From assembly GCA_024639485.1 (NCBI GenBank), contig JAHEII010000007.1, positions 1 through 53,195 of the forward strand: a DNA stretch of 53,195 bases, written 5' to 3'. The translations under genes were made by a program, and so were the position numbers. Shown here one piece after another: positions 8,976 through 18,084 of this stretch. The number at the start of each line of letters is the position of its first letter. Position 1 is the stretch's first letter. The stretch is from Alphaproteobacteria bacterium (GTDB lineage: Bacteria > Pseudomonadota > Alphaproteobacteria > Puniceispirillales > UBA1172). The notes under the pieces were generated by a model. That model saw only the letters and a program-made list of their open reading frames with translations, did not search any database and was not told the DNA's origin.

Positions 8976-10408
8976 CTATGCTGGAAACAGATATTTGTGT
9001 CATTGGTGGCGGGTCTGGCGGATTATCTGTTGCCGCCGGTGCCAGCCAGATGGGCGCCAGAGTTGTTTTATTCGAAGGCCATAAAATGGGCGGCGATTGT
9101 CTGAATTATGGCTGTGTTCCATCCAAGGCTTTGCTGGCAGCAGCGAAACTGGCCTATCATGATCCGCGTATGGCGGCCATGGGAATTACCGCAAAAAAAA
9201 CAGTAAACATGGCCGAAGTCAAAGCTCATATCGAAGATGTTATCGCAGGCATAGCGCCACATGATTCGGTGGAACGGTTCAGCGGTCTGGGAGTCAAAGT
9301 CATTGAAGCAAACGCAGGCTTTACCGGTCATCGCACCGTAACAGGTGGCGGCTATACCGTGAAAGCCAAGTATGTTGTTGTTGCCACCGGATCATCACCG
9401 TTTGTACCGCCCGTATCGGGATTGGCAGAAACGCCATATTACACGAATGAAACGATATTTACGCTTTCTGATGTGCCAAAGCATCTGATTATTATGGGTG
9501 GCGGGCCTATCGGAATTGAAATGGCGCAAGCCTGGCGGCGGCTAGGGGCGGCGGTTACTATCGTTGAGGCCGCATCATCTATCATGCGCCGGGACGAACC
9601 GCGTCTGGTTGCTATCCTGCGCCAGCAACTCACCCAAGAAGGCATCAATATCATCGAATCTACCGCGATTTCACATGTCACCGGACAGGATGGCGATATC
9701 ACGGTGACTCTTGATAAGGAAACCACAGGGGATAAGAAAACCACAGACACCCTCAATGGCTCACATCTTCTGGTGGCGGTGGGGCGGCAACCTAATCTGC
9801 ACGGCCTTGATCTGGAACAGGCTGGCATTGCCTATACCAGAACAGGCATCACAACCGATAACCGCTTGCGATCAAGCAATCGGCGTGTCTTTGCCATTGG
9901 TGATGTGTCTGGCCGGCAACAATTCACCCATATTGCCGGCTATCACGCCGGAATAGCAATCCGCAATATGCTATTCCGCTTACCCGCCCGCATTGATGAT
10001 AGCCTTGTGCCATGGGTGACTTACACTGACCCAGAGCTTGCCCATGTTGGCATGACTATGGATATGGCAACCGCCGCCGGACATAACCCTATACAGCTGA
10101 TCACTCCATTGGCTGAGAATGATCGGGCGCGTGCCGAACGCCGCACCGAGGGCATGATTATTGCCGTTACCAATAAAAAAGGCCGGATACTGGGTGCCAG
10201 CATTCTGGCTCCCCATGCTGGTGAAATGATCGGCACATGGGCGGTTGCCATCACCGCAAAAGCATCCATAAAAACCATGGCATCACATATCGCGCCTTAT
10301 CCTACTTATGGTGAGGCCAGCAAACGCACGGCAGGGGCGTTTTACACGCCTAAACTTTTCTCGCCACGGGTTAAACGGCTGGTGCGGTTTATGTTAAAAT
10401 GGTTTTGA
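8972..10408 (+). CDS. FAD-dependent pyridine nucleotide-disulfide oxidoreductase (dihydrolipoyl dehydrogenase / mercuric reductase-like, class I)
   Basis: 478 aa. It has a GGGSGG FAD-binding motif, the redox-active disulfide GGDCLNYGCVPSK, a second GGGPIG NAD(P) fold, and a C-terminal dimerisation region with HIAPYPTYGE. Confidence 0.85.
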   Translation: MTMLETDICVIGGGSGGLSVAAGASQMGARVVLFEGHKMGGDCLNYGCVPSKALLAAAKLAYHDPRMAAMGITAKKTVNMAEVKAHIEDVIAGIAPHDSVERFSGLGVKVIEANAGFTGHRTVTGGGYTVKAKYVVVATGSSPFVPPVSGLAETPYYTNETIFTLSDVPKHLIIMGGGPIGIEMAQAWRRLGAAVTIVEAASSIMRRDEPRLVAILRQQLTQEGINIIESTAISHVTGQDGDITVTLDKETTGDKKTTDTLNGSHLLVAVGRQPNLHGLDLEQAGIAYTRTGITTDNRLRSSNRRVFAIGDVSGRQQFTHIAGYHAGIAIRNMLFRLPARIDDSLVPWVTYTDPELAHVGMTMDMATAAGHNPIQLITPLAENDRARAERRTEGMIIAVTNKKGRILGASILAPHAGEMIGTWAVAITAKASIKTMASHIAPYPTYGEASKRTAGAFYTPKLFSPRVKRLVRFMLKWF

Positions 10409-10489
10409 ATAGGAATAGGTTTTATTGGCGGTAATCGGCATTGCTTTAGTCTTGCATCTTGTATCTCTTGCTGATAGAAACACGCCTAT

Positions 10490-10564
<75 letters not shown>

Positions 10565-10620
10565 TTTCCCCCCGCTTTATCAATACGGCTTCATTGCCTG
10601 TATTCTTATGAACATGCGGA

Positions 10621-10941
10621 TTAATAATCAGCGATAATCTGCAAAAGCCGAGCTTTCATTGTTTTGATTTCTGTTCTGAGCATGGCATTTTCCTGCTCTA
10701 ATGCTTCTATTCTGGCGGCATCACTGGCGGCATCACTGTTTGTATTATCGGCAGTATCATGGCCAGATGTCCCGGTAAGCAGATCGCTTTTGCAACTGTT
10801 ATAGGCAAATATATCCGCCGCCGAATTGCTGGCCGGAATGCATTCATGGCTCCACCCCTTGCTAACAGGCAGATAAAGATTAATCCCACAAACCATGACA
10901 GTTATCAAAGCTGCTTTTGCAAATAGACGCGTGTGATACAT
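10621..10941 (-). CDS. hypothetical exported or membrane-anchored protein with a C-terminal coiled-coil-like helix
   Basis: 106 aa. It has an N-terminal hydrophobic segment (AKAALITVMVCGINLYL), a Ser/Asp/Thr-rich middle, and the heptad-like end IEALEQENAMLRTEIKTMKARLLQII. No family recognised. Confidence 0.45.
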   Translation of the reverse strand: MYHTRLFAKAALITVMVCGINLYLPVSKGWSHECIPASNSAADIFAYNSCKSDLLTGTSGHDTADNTNSDAASDAARIEALEQENAMLRTEIKTMKARLLQIIADY

Positions 10942-11101
10942 ATAGAACCAATCTTCTAAAATTAGATTTTAATAATTAAACATAACATTAACTGATGTGA
11001 ACGGCATGATAAAAAAAAACTGGTATCCAGCACTTAAAAAATACAATAAAAATGATAGTTAGATATTTATCATATCATTAACAACATCAGGATTATACGC
11101 T

Positions 11102-11653
11102 ATGAACGCGCTTAATTACGCCTTTCTTCCCCTATTCAGGTATTTTGATTTCAAAGGACGGTCTAGCCGCAGTGAGTTCTGGTGGTATAGCCTGATGATA
11201 TTTTTAATCGGGGTGCTTTATTTTATCTATTCAATTGCCTCCATGCCATCTTTTGAAGACATGATGGACCCCTATTTTGATGAATCCAGTCTGGGCTATG
11301 GTTTTATCGATTATGTCTATATCATTTTTTCCCTGCTCACATTTATTCCGGGCATTGCCGTATCTGTCAGACGGCTTCATGATATTAATCGCACCGGATG
11401 GTGGCTTGCTGCTTTTTATGGATCAATGACTATGGCCTCCGCTTTGTTTGGTGGTGCCATGGTTACTATTTTTGTTTCGGCCATGTTTGTCTTGACAGGC
11501 GATACAGGCGGCGTTGCCTCCTCTTTCGGCGGGGCTTATGTGATGATGGCATTAGCTACTGGCATATTTATCGGCACATTTGTCTGGATGGTGGTCTGGT
11601 ATGCGTCACCAAGTGTCAGCACTGATAACCGTTTTGGCAATGATCCCATTTAA
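11102..11653 (+). CDS. DUF805 domain-containing inner membrane protein
   Basis: FDFKGRSSRSEFWWYSLM and VRRLHDINRTGWW are the two signature motifs of DUF805 (YhaH/YhaI-like). Confidence 0.8.
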   Translation: MNALNYAFLPLFRYFDFKGRSSRSEFWWYSLMIFLIGVLYFIYSIASMPSFEDMMDPYFDESSLGYGFIDYVYIIFSLLTFIPGIAVSVRRLHDINRTGWWLAAFYGSMTMASALFGGAMVTIFVSAMFVLTGDTGGVASSFGGAYVMMALATGIFIGTFVWMVVWYASPSVSTDNRFGNDPI

Positions 11654-11752
11654 CCCAATATGTTGTCGTTACCAGTGATTTAAATTTTTCATGTTGAATA
11701 TGGCTAAATTGTGTTAATGGTAATTTATATTGTTATTAATTAGGAGATTAAA

Positions 11753-12136
11753 ATGAAAGTAGCTGGTGGAGTATTAGGAATTATTGGTGGCATTATCAAT
11801 GCCATTATTGCTTATCTGGCCTATGCGGCAGCATCATTTGGCACAGCCTTATCACAAATCGATGCTGGAAGTGTTGGTTCAGCAGAATTAGCAGATGTAT
11901 CATCAACTCTGGCAACAGCTAGCCTGGTTATCCTGCTGCTATCTATTGTTATGTTTGTAGCTGGTATTATGGCTCTGGTTATGCAAAGCGCGCGGATGCC
12001 GGGCATCATCATGCTGGTTGTATGTGTTATCACTTTGGTAATGGGCGGATTTGCTGGAATTATTGGCATTATCCTTGGTCTGATTGGCGGCATTCTTGCT
12101 GTTCTGGCAGCACCAAAAGGTGCACCTGCTGCTTAA
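11753..12136 (+). CDS. small glycine-rich multi-pass membrane protein (possibly DUF4064-like)
   Basis: 127 aa, almost entirely hydrophobic, with GxxxG-type repeats (GGVLGIIGGIINAI, GGFAGIIGIILGLIGGILAV). An AGGAG RBS lies about 8 nt upstream and an intrinsic terminator follows. Confidence 0.6.
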   Translation: MKVAGGVLGIIGGIINAIIAYLAYAAASFGTALSQIDAGSVGSAELADVSSTLATASLVILLLSIVMFVAGIMALVMQSARMPGIIMLVVCVITLVMGGFAGIIGIILGLIGGILAVLAAPKGAPAA

Positions 12137-12158
12137 TCATTTTCCTAAACTTTTTTAA

Positions 12159-12188
12159 AATACCCCCCGTGATGGGGGTATTTTTTTG
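12159..12188 (+). terminator. rho-independent terminator
   Basis: The stem taccccc / gggggta has a 6-nt loop and is followed by a T7 tract, about 25 nt after the stop at 12136. Confidence 0.8.
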
Positions 12189-12302
12189 TGCAAAACGCTT
12201 TGCCGTTGCATGTTTATTCGTTACGCTGATTGGTAAAATATCATTCTAATCTTACGGCAAAGCCTGATCTTCAGCTGATTTTGACCTATTACTGGATTCT
12301 TC

Positions 12303-13577
12303 ATGTCCGCATTCAGCTTGCACAACAATATCCGCTTCATCACATCGCAATGGCGATTTCTGTTATTTGGTGTGTTGCTGGCGTTTTTCTCCTCACCCGG
12401 ACAAACATTTTTCATCTCACTATTTTCAGCAGAAATACGCGGTGAGCTAAATCTCAGCCATGGTGATTTTGGCATGATTTACGCCATGGGCACATTATGT
12501 AGTGCGGCAACCATTATCTTCTTGGGGCGGAGCGTTGATATCTTCCGGCTACAACCTGTCGCGCTTGCAGTCATTATCGGGCTTGCTTTTGCCACCAGCT
12601 TTTTTTCAATCGTGTCTTCTGCTGTCATGCTTGGTTTTGGCATTTATTTTCTGCGGCTCACCGGTCAGGGTATGATGAGTCATCTTTATGCTACCGCGAT
12701 GAGCCGCCGCTATGTTGCCGAACGTGGTCGGGCGGTTGCTATTGCCACGCAAGGCCATCCGTTATCCGAAGTTCTGATGCCTGCCTTTGCGCTGTTGCTA
12801 TTGGCAGTTATGGACTGGCGGCAAATCTGGCAGGTGACAACAATCCTACTTCTGGTGGTTATGATACCGGCAACACTGATGCTTTCTGGCCGGCAGGATG
12901 GTCAGGATGGCGCCGGCGTTGATGGTCTGGCCGCTGGCCGTGATGGTAATCACTGGACAACACGGCAGGTTATTTTTCAATGGCGGTTTCTGTTGCTAGC
13001 CGGGTTGGTATTAGCACCTAGCTTTACTTCAACCGGATTATTCTTTCACCAGATTTATTTTGCTGATCTGAAAAACATCCCGCTTCCATTATGGGCAAGC
13101 GGATATACGGTTTATGCCGCGTTAAGCATTTTTGGCTCACTGATTGGCGGTGCGATGGTTGACCGGTTTTCGGCCACCGCAATTGCACCGTTTATTGTGG
13201 CTTTTCTGGCATGGCCTGTCTTTCTGCTCGGCCAGATCAGCTCACCCATGATGGTCTGGGTATATTTTGCTATTTTCGGATTAATACAGGGCGGAGTGTA
13301 TCCGGTTGTCACGCCAATCTGGGCAGAACTATATGGCACGCGTCATCTGGGCGGAATCAAGGCGGTGATGCACGCGCTTATGGTATTTGCATCAGCATTA
13401 TCACCAGCTGGTATTGGCATTATGATTGATGCCGGTTATGGGCTGAACGCTATTTTGATTGTGATGGGTGCTGTTCCTGTTATTGCTGGCATGCTGGGCT
13501 TTGCCGGATGCTGGTTAGGTCGCCCTAAAGGTACTTCGCGAATTCACCCCCAAAGCAACCCCAAAAGCAACCCTTGA
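12303..13577 (+). CDS. MFS transporter
   Basis: 424 aa with about 12 hydrophobic segments split by a central hydrophilic loop (GRQDGQDGAGVDGLAAGRDGN). Confidence 0.7.
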   Translation: MSAFSLHNNIRFITSQWRFLLFGVLLAFFSSPGQTFFISLFSAEIRGELNLSHGDFGMIYAMGTLCSAATIIFLGRSVDIFRLQPVALAVIIGLAFATSFFSIVSSAVMLGFGIYFLRLTGQGMMSHLYATAMSRRYVAERGRAVAIATQGHPLSEVLMPAFALLLLAVMDWRQIWQVTTILLLVVMIPATLMLSGRQDGQDGAGVDGLAAGRDGNHWTTRQVIFQWRFLLLAGLVLAPSFTSTGLFFHQIYFADLKNIPLPLWASGYTVYAALSIFGSLIGGAMVDRFSATAIAPFIVAFLAWPVFLLGQISSPMMVWVYFAIFGLIQGGVYPVVTPIWAELYGTRHLGGIKAVMHALMVFASALSPAGIGIMIDAGYGLNAILIVMGAVPVIAGMLGFAGCWLGRPKGTSRIHPQSNPKSNP

Positions 13578-13611
13578 AGACTAGTAACAAAATGGCCATA
13601 TCATTATAATC

Positions 13612-14451
13612 ATGACAGATAATCAGATCATCATATGGCGCATTAATGGGCGTGGCTGTCTGGGCGTTACCGGCGTTGAGGCAGAAGCATTTCTCAATGA
13701 TTTGCTGACCCTTGATATGGCTACCATAACCGCCGATCAAGTTGTTCCGGCCATTTTGCTGACCCCGCAAGGACGGATTATTTTTGATCTGCTGATCAGC
13801 CGTATCCCCGATGGCTTCCGGCTAGAATGTGATGAACACCGGCTTGATGATCTGATCAAGAAACTCCGGCTATACCGGCTCCGGCGGGATATTGCGCTAA
13901 CACTGCTGGATGAGCCTGTTTTTGCTTTGGCAGTTCCAGATCATATGGATGGATGGCTCCGCGATAGCCGTTTTCAGGAAATCACCGCCAGCCGTTATTA
14001 TGGCATGCCGCATTCTAATCAAGCGGTCAGAATAGCAGATGATAATACTGCCTATCACGCGTTGCGCTATCGGCATGGCATCCCCGAAGGAAGCGCGGAG
14101 CTGCCAGCAGAAAAAGCACTACCACTAGAAGCCGGAATGGACAGGCAAGGCGCTATCAGTTTCAACAAAGGCTGTTTTATCGGTCAGGAAGTCACCGCAA
14201 GAACCCGCTATCGGGGCTTGTTAAAACGGCGATACATTCCTTTTGTGGCCACAACTGATATTTCTGTTCCTGCTGATATTCACGCAAATGATAAACTGGC
14301 TGGAGAAACGCTGGCGATTGTCAGGGACGGCGATGGCTGGATCGGGCTTGCCAATATCCGGCTAGATGCGCTGGACACCGGCCAAACATTAATGGTCGGA
14401 ACAGATCAAATTATACCGCTAACTATTGCCAAAAGCACCACAAAGGCTTGA
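13612..14451 (+). CDS. ygfZ: YgfZ/CAF17 family folate-binding protein (aminomethyltransferase-like, Fe-S cluster repair)
   Basis: 279 aa with the signature KGCFIGQEVTAR (the family KGCY.GQE motif) and GcvT-like N-terminal features. Confidence 0.8.
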   Translation: MTDNQIIIWRINGRGCLGVTGVEAEAFLNDLLTLDMATITADQVVPAILLTPQGRIIFDLLISRIPDGFRLECDEHRLDDLIKKLRLYRLRRDIALTLLDEPVFALAVPDHMDGWLRDSRFQEITASRYYGMPHSNQAVRIADDNTAYHALRYRHGIPEGSAELPAEKALPLEAGMDRQGAISFNKGCFIGQEVTARTRYRGLLKRRYIPFVATTDISVPADIHANDKLAGETLAIVRDGDGWIGLANIRLDALDTGQTLMVGTDQIIPLTIAKSTTKA

Positions 14452-14604
14452 TTTCAAGACAATTTGCGCGTATGCAATGGGGGTTGGATCAATAGTGACT
14501 GATGTCATGATCTTTTTTATTAATTTTCGGGTTATGGGTATCGCCCGCACTTCTGATTGTTTTGGTGCTGATCCTTATTTCCCGCCGCTCGCTCTGGAGG
14601 CAAA

Positions 14605-15171
14605 ATGACTGATTTGCTAATGCCTAAAGCTACCGCTGTATGGCTGATTGATAACACGGCGCTAACCTTTGCCCAGATTGCCGATTTTTGCCAACTTCAT
14701 GACCTGGAAGTCCAGGCCATTGCCGATGGTGATGTTGGTGGCGGCATACGCGGTTATGATCCGGTACTGAACAAACAGCTATCCCAGGAAGAACTGGATC
14801 GTTGCGAAGCCGATGCGGATGCAAGACTTGTCCGGTCAACAACCACTTTGCCTGAACCGACTAACCGCACCAAAGGCCCAACCTATATCCCGCTTGCCAA
14901 ACGTGGCGATAAGCCGGATGGCATTGCGTGGCTGGTTAAACATCACCCCAATATGAAAGACAGCTTGATTTCCAAGCTTGTTGGCACAACACGCGATACC
15001 ATTACGAAAATCCGTGAACGGTCACATTGGAACATTGCGAATATTTCTGCCAAACATCCGGTGATGCTTGGTCTATGTACGCAAGATGCGCTTGATCATG
15101 CTATCACCAAAACTGGCGATAACGTAAAATCACCATCTGATCAGGTGCAGGGTATATCCGAACTTCCCTGA
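14605..15171 (+). CDS. DUF1013 domain-containing protein
   Basis: LMPKATAVWLIDNTALTFAQIADFCQLHDLEVQAIADG matches the conserved DUF1013 N-terminus of alphaproteobacteria. A GGAGG RBS lies upstream. Confidence 0.8.
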   Translation: MTDLLMPKATAVWLIDNTALTFAQIADFCQLHDLEVQAIADGDVGGGIRGYDPVLNKQLSQEELDRCEADADARLVRSTTTLPEPTNRTKGPTYIPLAKRGDKPDGIAWLVKHHPNMKDSLISKLVGTTRDTITKIRERSHWNIANISAKHPVMLGLCTQDALDHAITKTGDNVKSPSDQVQGISELP

Positions 15172-15248
15172 TATGTGCGTTTGCGCGAATACATCTTCTG
15201 CACGGACGTTCACATATCTCATAACCACAAAAAGGCTGGTCATGTAAG

Positions 15249-15473
15249 ATGAGCACGGATGATTTTGATGATGATGCAATTAAAATTCAGCTTCGCAAAC
15301 GGCTAGAACAGCTGACGCTTGAACATCGTGATCTGGATGAAGTCATTGAACAGCTTGCGCTTGGGACAACGGTTGATATCCTCAAATTACAGCGGCTCAA
15401 AAAACGTAAGCTTGGTATCAAGGATGAGATCAGGATCATAAACCAGAAACTCTTACCCGATATCATTGCCTAA
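15249..15473 (+). CDS. DUF465 (YdcH-like) domain-containing protein
   Basis: 74 aa with a coiled-coil pattern LTLEHRDLDEVIEQL...LQRLKKRKLGIKDEI typical of DUF465. Confidence 0.75.
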   Translation: MSTDDFDDDAIKIQLRKRLEQLTLEHRDLDEVIEQLALGTTVDILKLQRLKKRKLGIKDEIRIINQKLLPDIIA

Positions 15474-15521
15474 TATTATGTTTATTATGTTCTGGCACCA
15501 TACTAAATTGAGGAGATTATC

Positions 15522-16019
15522 ATGACGATTAGCTCACCACGGATCGGTATTTGTATGGGTAGCCAGTCTGACTGGGTTTGCATGCGTCATGCTGCTGATA
15601 TACTGGATCAGCTTCAGGTGACTTATGAGACGCGCATTATTTCTGCGCATCGCACCCCTGACCGGCTCAAATCATATACCGAACAGGCACAGGATAATGG
15701 CATACAGGTTATTATTGCCGGTGCTGGCGGGGCGGCGCATCTGCCCGGCATGCTGGCGGCATATACAACGATTCCCGTTATGGGTGTTCCGGTGGAAAGC
15801 AAAGCATTGAAAGGCATGGATTCGCTTTTGTCTATTGTTCAGATGCCTGCTGGTGTTCCGGTGGCCAGTTTTGCTATCGGTCATGCTGGTGCAACAAATG
15901 CCGGATTAATGGCCGCGTCTATTGTTGCAGTGGCCGATGATGATCTATCCAAGCGGCTTAAGGCGTGGCGGCAAAATCAAACCGATGCCATTGCTGTTTC
16001 CCCTGTTGACGATAATTAG
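15522..16019 (+). CDS. purE: 5-(carboxyamino)imidazole ribonucleotide mutase
   Basis: IGICMGSQSDW...SAHRTPDRL...IIAGAGGAAHLPGM..PVMGVPV are canonical PurE class I motifs. Confidence 0.95.
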   Translation: MTISSPRIGICMGSQSDWVCMRHAADILDQLQVTYETRIISAHRTPDRLKSYTEQAQDNGIQVIIAGAGGAAHLPGMLAAYTTIPVMGVPVESKALKGMDSLLSIVQMPAGVPVASFAIGHAGATNAGLMAASIVAVADDDLSKRLKAWRQNQTDAIAVSPVDDN

Positions 16020-16034
16020 GAAAGCGGCCTGATC

Positions 16035-17117
16035 ATGATGCCACAACATGCTTTACCAGAAACAGCAATGATCGGGGTGCTTGGTGGTGGCCAGCTAGGG
16101 CGCATGATTATAGAATCCGCATCAGCGCTGGGTTATCGTTGTCATGTCTTTGCCCCGATGGGTGATGCGCCGGCGACCGATATTGCCAGCATGGTAACAC
16201 GCGCCGATTATGATGATACTACCGCGCTGACTGCATTTGCCAAATCAGTATCGGCCGTGGTCTGTGAGTTTGAAAATGTTCCGGTGACCGCAATGGATAT
16301 ACTGGCCGAACATATTCCCGTCTGTCCGGGGGGCAAGGCATTGGGCATTGCCCAGCACCGGCTAAAAGAAAAAACAATGGCGCAATCCCTTGGCATTGCC
16401 ACTCCGCGTTTTAGCGCCATTAATAATCCGGCCAGTTTAGCAGATGCCATAGCAACATTTGGCCACGGTATCCTGAAAACATGCCGCATGGGATATGATG
16501 GCAAAGGCCAGATGCGGTTATCTGTTGATACTATGCCGGATGATGCCTTTACCCAGATGGGGTCTGATGATCTGATACTGGAAGAGCTGATTGATTTTTC
16601 TGCTGAAGCCAGCTTTCTTGTTGCCAGAGATCAGCACGGCCAGATGACAACATGGCCAGCCAGTATTAATCAGCACCGCAACGGCATTCTGCATATTAGT
16701 GAAGCACCAGCAACCGCAGATATATTATCACCTGCACTGGAAAAAGAAGGTATGGATGCGGTTATGGCTATCGCTGAACATCTTGATCTGACTGGTGTTC
16801 TGGCGGTGGAAATGTTTATCACTTCATCTGGCACGCTATTATTTAATGAAATTGCCCCACGGCCACATAATTCATTCCACTGGACTATCGAAGGCGCGGA
16901 TACAAGCCAGTTTGCACAACTGGTTCGCATTGCCGCTGGATTACCGCTTGGTTCTACCCATGCTCATGCCCGATGGCGGATGACAAATATTCTGGGCGAA
17001 GACATGCCGGAACTAGACGCTGCTTTTGGCCGTTCAGGGGTGCATATCCACCGATACGGCAAAGCAGAAGCACGCCATGGCCGGAAAATGGCACATCTTA
17101 ACGAACGGCTGGATTAA
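16035..17117 (+). CDS. purK: 5-(carboxyamino)imidazole ribonucleotide synthase
   Basis: 360 aa ATP-grasp protein (IGVLGGGQLGRM, GYDGKGQ, NEIAPRPHNS) immediately downstream of purE. Confidence 0.93.
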   Translation: MMPQHALPETAMIGVLGGGQLGRMIIESASALGYRCHVFAPMGDAPATDIASMVTRADYDDTTALTAFAKSVSAVVCEFENVPVTAMDILAEHIPVCPGGKALGIAQHRLKEKTMAQSLGIATPRFSAINNPASLADAIATFGHGILKTCRMGYDGKGQMRLSVDTMPDDAFTQMGSDDLILEELIDFSAEASFLVARDQHGQMTTWPASINQHRNGILHISEAPATADILSPALEKEGMDAVMAIAEHLDLTGVLAVEMFITSSGTLLFNEIAPRPHNSFHWTIEGADTSQFAQLVRIAAGLPLGSTHAHARWRMTNILGEDMPELDAAFGRSGVHIHRYGKAEARHGRKMAHLNERLD

Positions 17118-18037
17118 TCCTGCTTGCGAAGTGTCGATAGATCAAATGGGGTGGCCTGATACAAATCATGTATCCAGTTTGTGATGAATAGAAACGCAAA
17201 TGGCCGCCAGTAATTGACTGGTGCATGATCAGGATCATCATTGGGAAAATAATTTAACGGCAAGGCGGTTTCCAGCCCCTCAATCTGATCGCGATGATAT
17301 TCCGCCGCCAGCGTATGCGCATCGTATTCCAGATGGTTAAGCACATATAAATCACCTGTATCGTGATGGCGAACAATACCGGGGCCGGCATCCGGGCTTT
17401 CAGCCAGAATATCCAAACGGTCATGATGGCGAATTTCCTCCGACCGGTTTTCGGTAAAGCGTGATACCGGCATAGGAAAACTATCGGTAAAGCCTTTCAT
17501 CAGCCGCGATGCATTTTCGGTAAGTTTATGATCAAAAACGCCAAACAGTTTTTGCCCGATAAGATGCTTTTTTATCTGATGGAAATGATAAAGAAGCGCC
17601 TGCCCGCCCCAGCATATCCCCAACCGGCGGAAACAATGATCGCGTGACCAATCCATAATGGCCACCAGTTCTTGCCAGTAATTGACATCTTCGAAATCCA
17701 GCTGTTCTACGGGTGCACCGGTGATAATAATACCGTCAAAAAACTCATCCCGCACATCATCCAGCGACCGGTAGAACCGGCGCAGATAGCCCGGTTCGGT
17801 ATTGCGCGGTTTATAGCTGGCGGTGGTCATCAGGGTAAGCTCAATTTGCAAAGGACTATTGCCCAGCAGACGCGCAAACTGAATTTCCGTTTCTTCTTTT
17901 TTGGGCATCAGATTAAGAAACAATAGCTTAATCGGCCGGATATCCTGCAGCACAGCACGATCACTAATGATCAGATCAACATTTTCGTCTTCCAGCACCG
18001 CACGGGCAGGAAGATCAGATTGAATTTTAATAGGCAC
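17114..18037 (-). CDS. metA: homoserine O-acyltransferase MetA (succinyl/acetyl specificity not resolvable by eye)
   Basis: 307 aa. It shows MPIKIQSDLPA...LNLMP.K..TE.Q..RLL, an active-site region ICWGGQA, and the NHLEYD motif. It uses a GTG start. Confidence 0.9.
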   Translation of the reverse strand: MPIKIQSDLPARAVLEDENVDLIISDRAVLQDIRPIKLLFLNLMPKKEETEIQFARLLGNSPLQIELTLMTTASYKPRNTEPGYLRRFYRSLDDVRDEFFDGIIITGAPVEQLDFEDVNYWQELVAIMDWSRDHCFRRLGICWGGQALLYHFHQIKKHLIGQKLFGVFDHKLTENASRLMKGFTDSFPMPVSRFTENRSEEIRHHDRLDILAESPDAGPGIVRHHDTGDLYVLNHLEYDAHTLAAEYHRDQIEGLETALPLNYFPNDDPDHAPVNYWRPFAFLFITNWIHDLYQATPFDLSTLRKQD

Positions 18038-18084
18038 GGCACAACTCTTTTCTAGAACATATCAACAACAGACAAATAACCGGT

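Noticed and set aside
10565-12300. Integrated prophage or genomic island at tRNA-Thr with att repeats
   Set aside because: There is no integrase, and I could not find a convincing direct repeat of the tRNA 3' end by eye. It is kept only as a low-interest compositional islet.
13545-13577. 12-bp tandem duplication (ccccaaagcaac / cccaaaagcaac) at the 3' end of the MFS gene, and gatgg-rich repeats at 12895-12950
   Set aside because: These are short, imperfect, in-frame low-complexity segments in loop and tail regions of a transporter. They are not distinctive enough to report as findings.
14426-14608. 60-aa ORF bridging ygfZ and the DUF1013 gene
   Set aside because: It overlaps the end of ygfZ and the start of the next gene in a different frame. 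It is more likely intergenic/leader sequence with a GGAGG RBS for the DUF1013 gene.
18038-18084. Possible SAM-II-type riboswitch upstream of metA
   Set aside because: Only 47 nt separate metA from the upstream COQ9 gene. I could not find the conserved pseudoknot elements (for example an AAAGCU-type core). An SD-like AAGAG and a GTG start explain the region.
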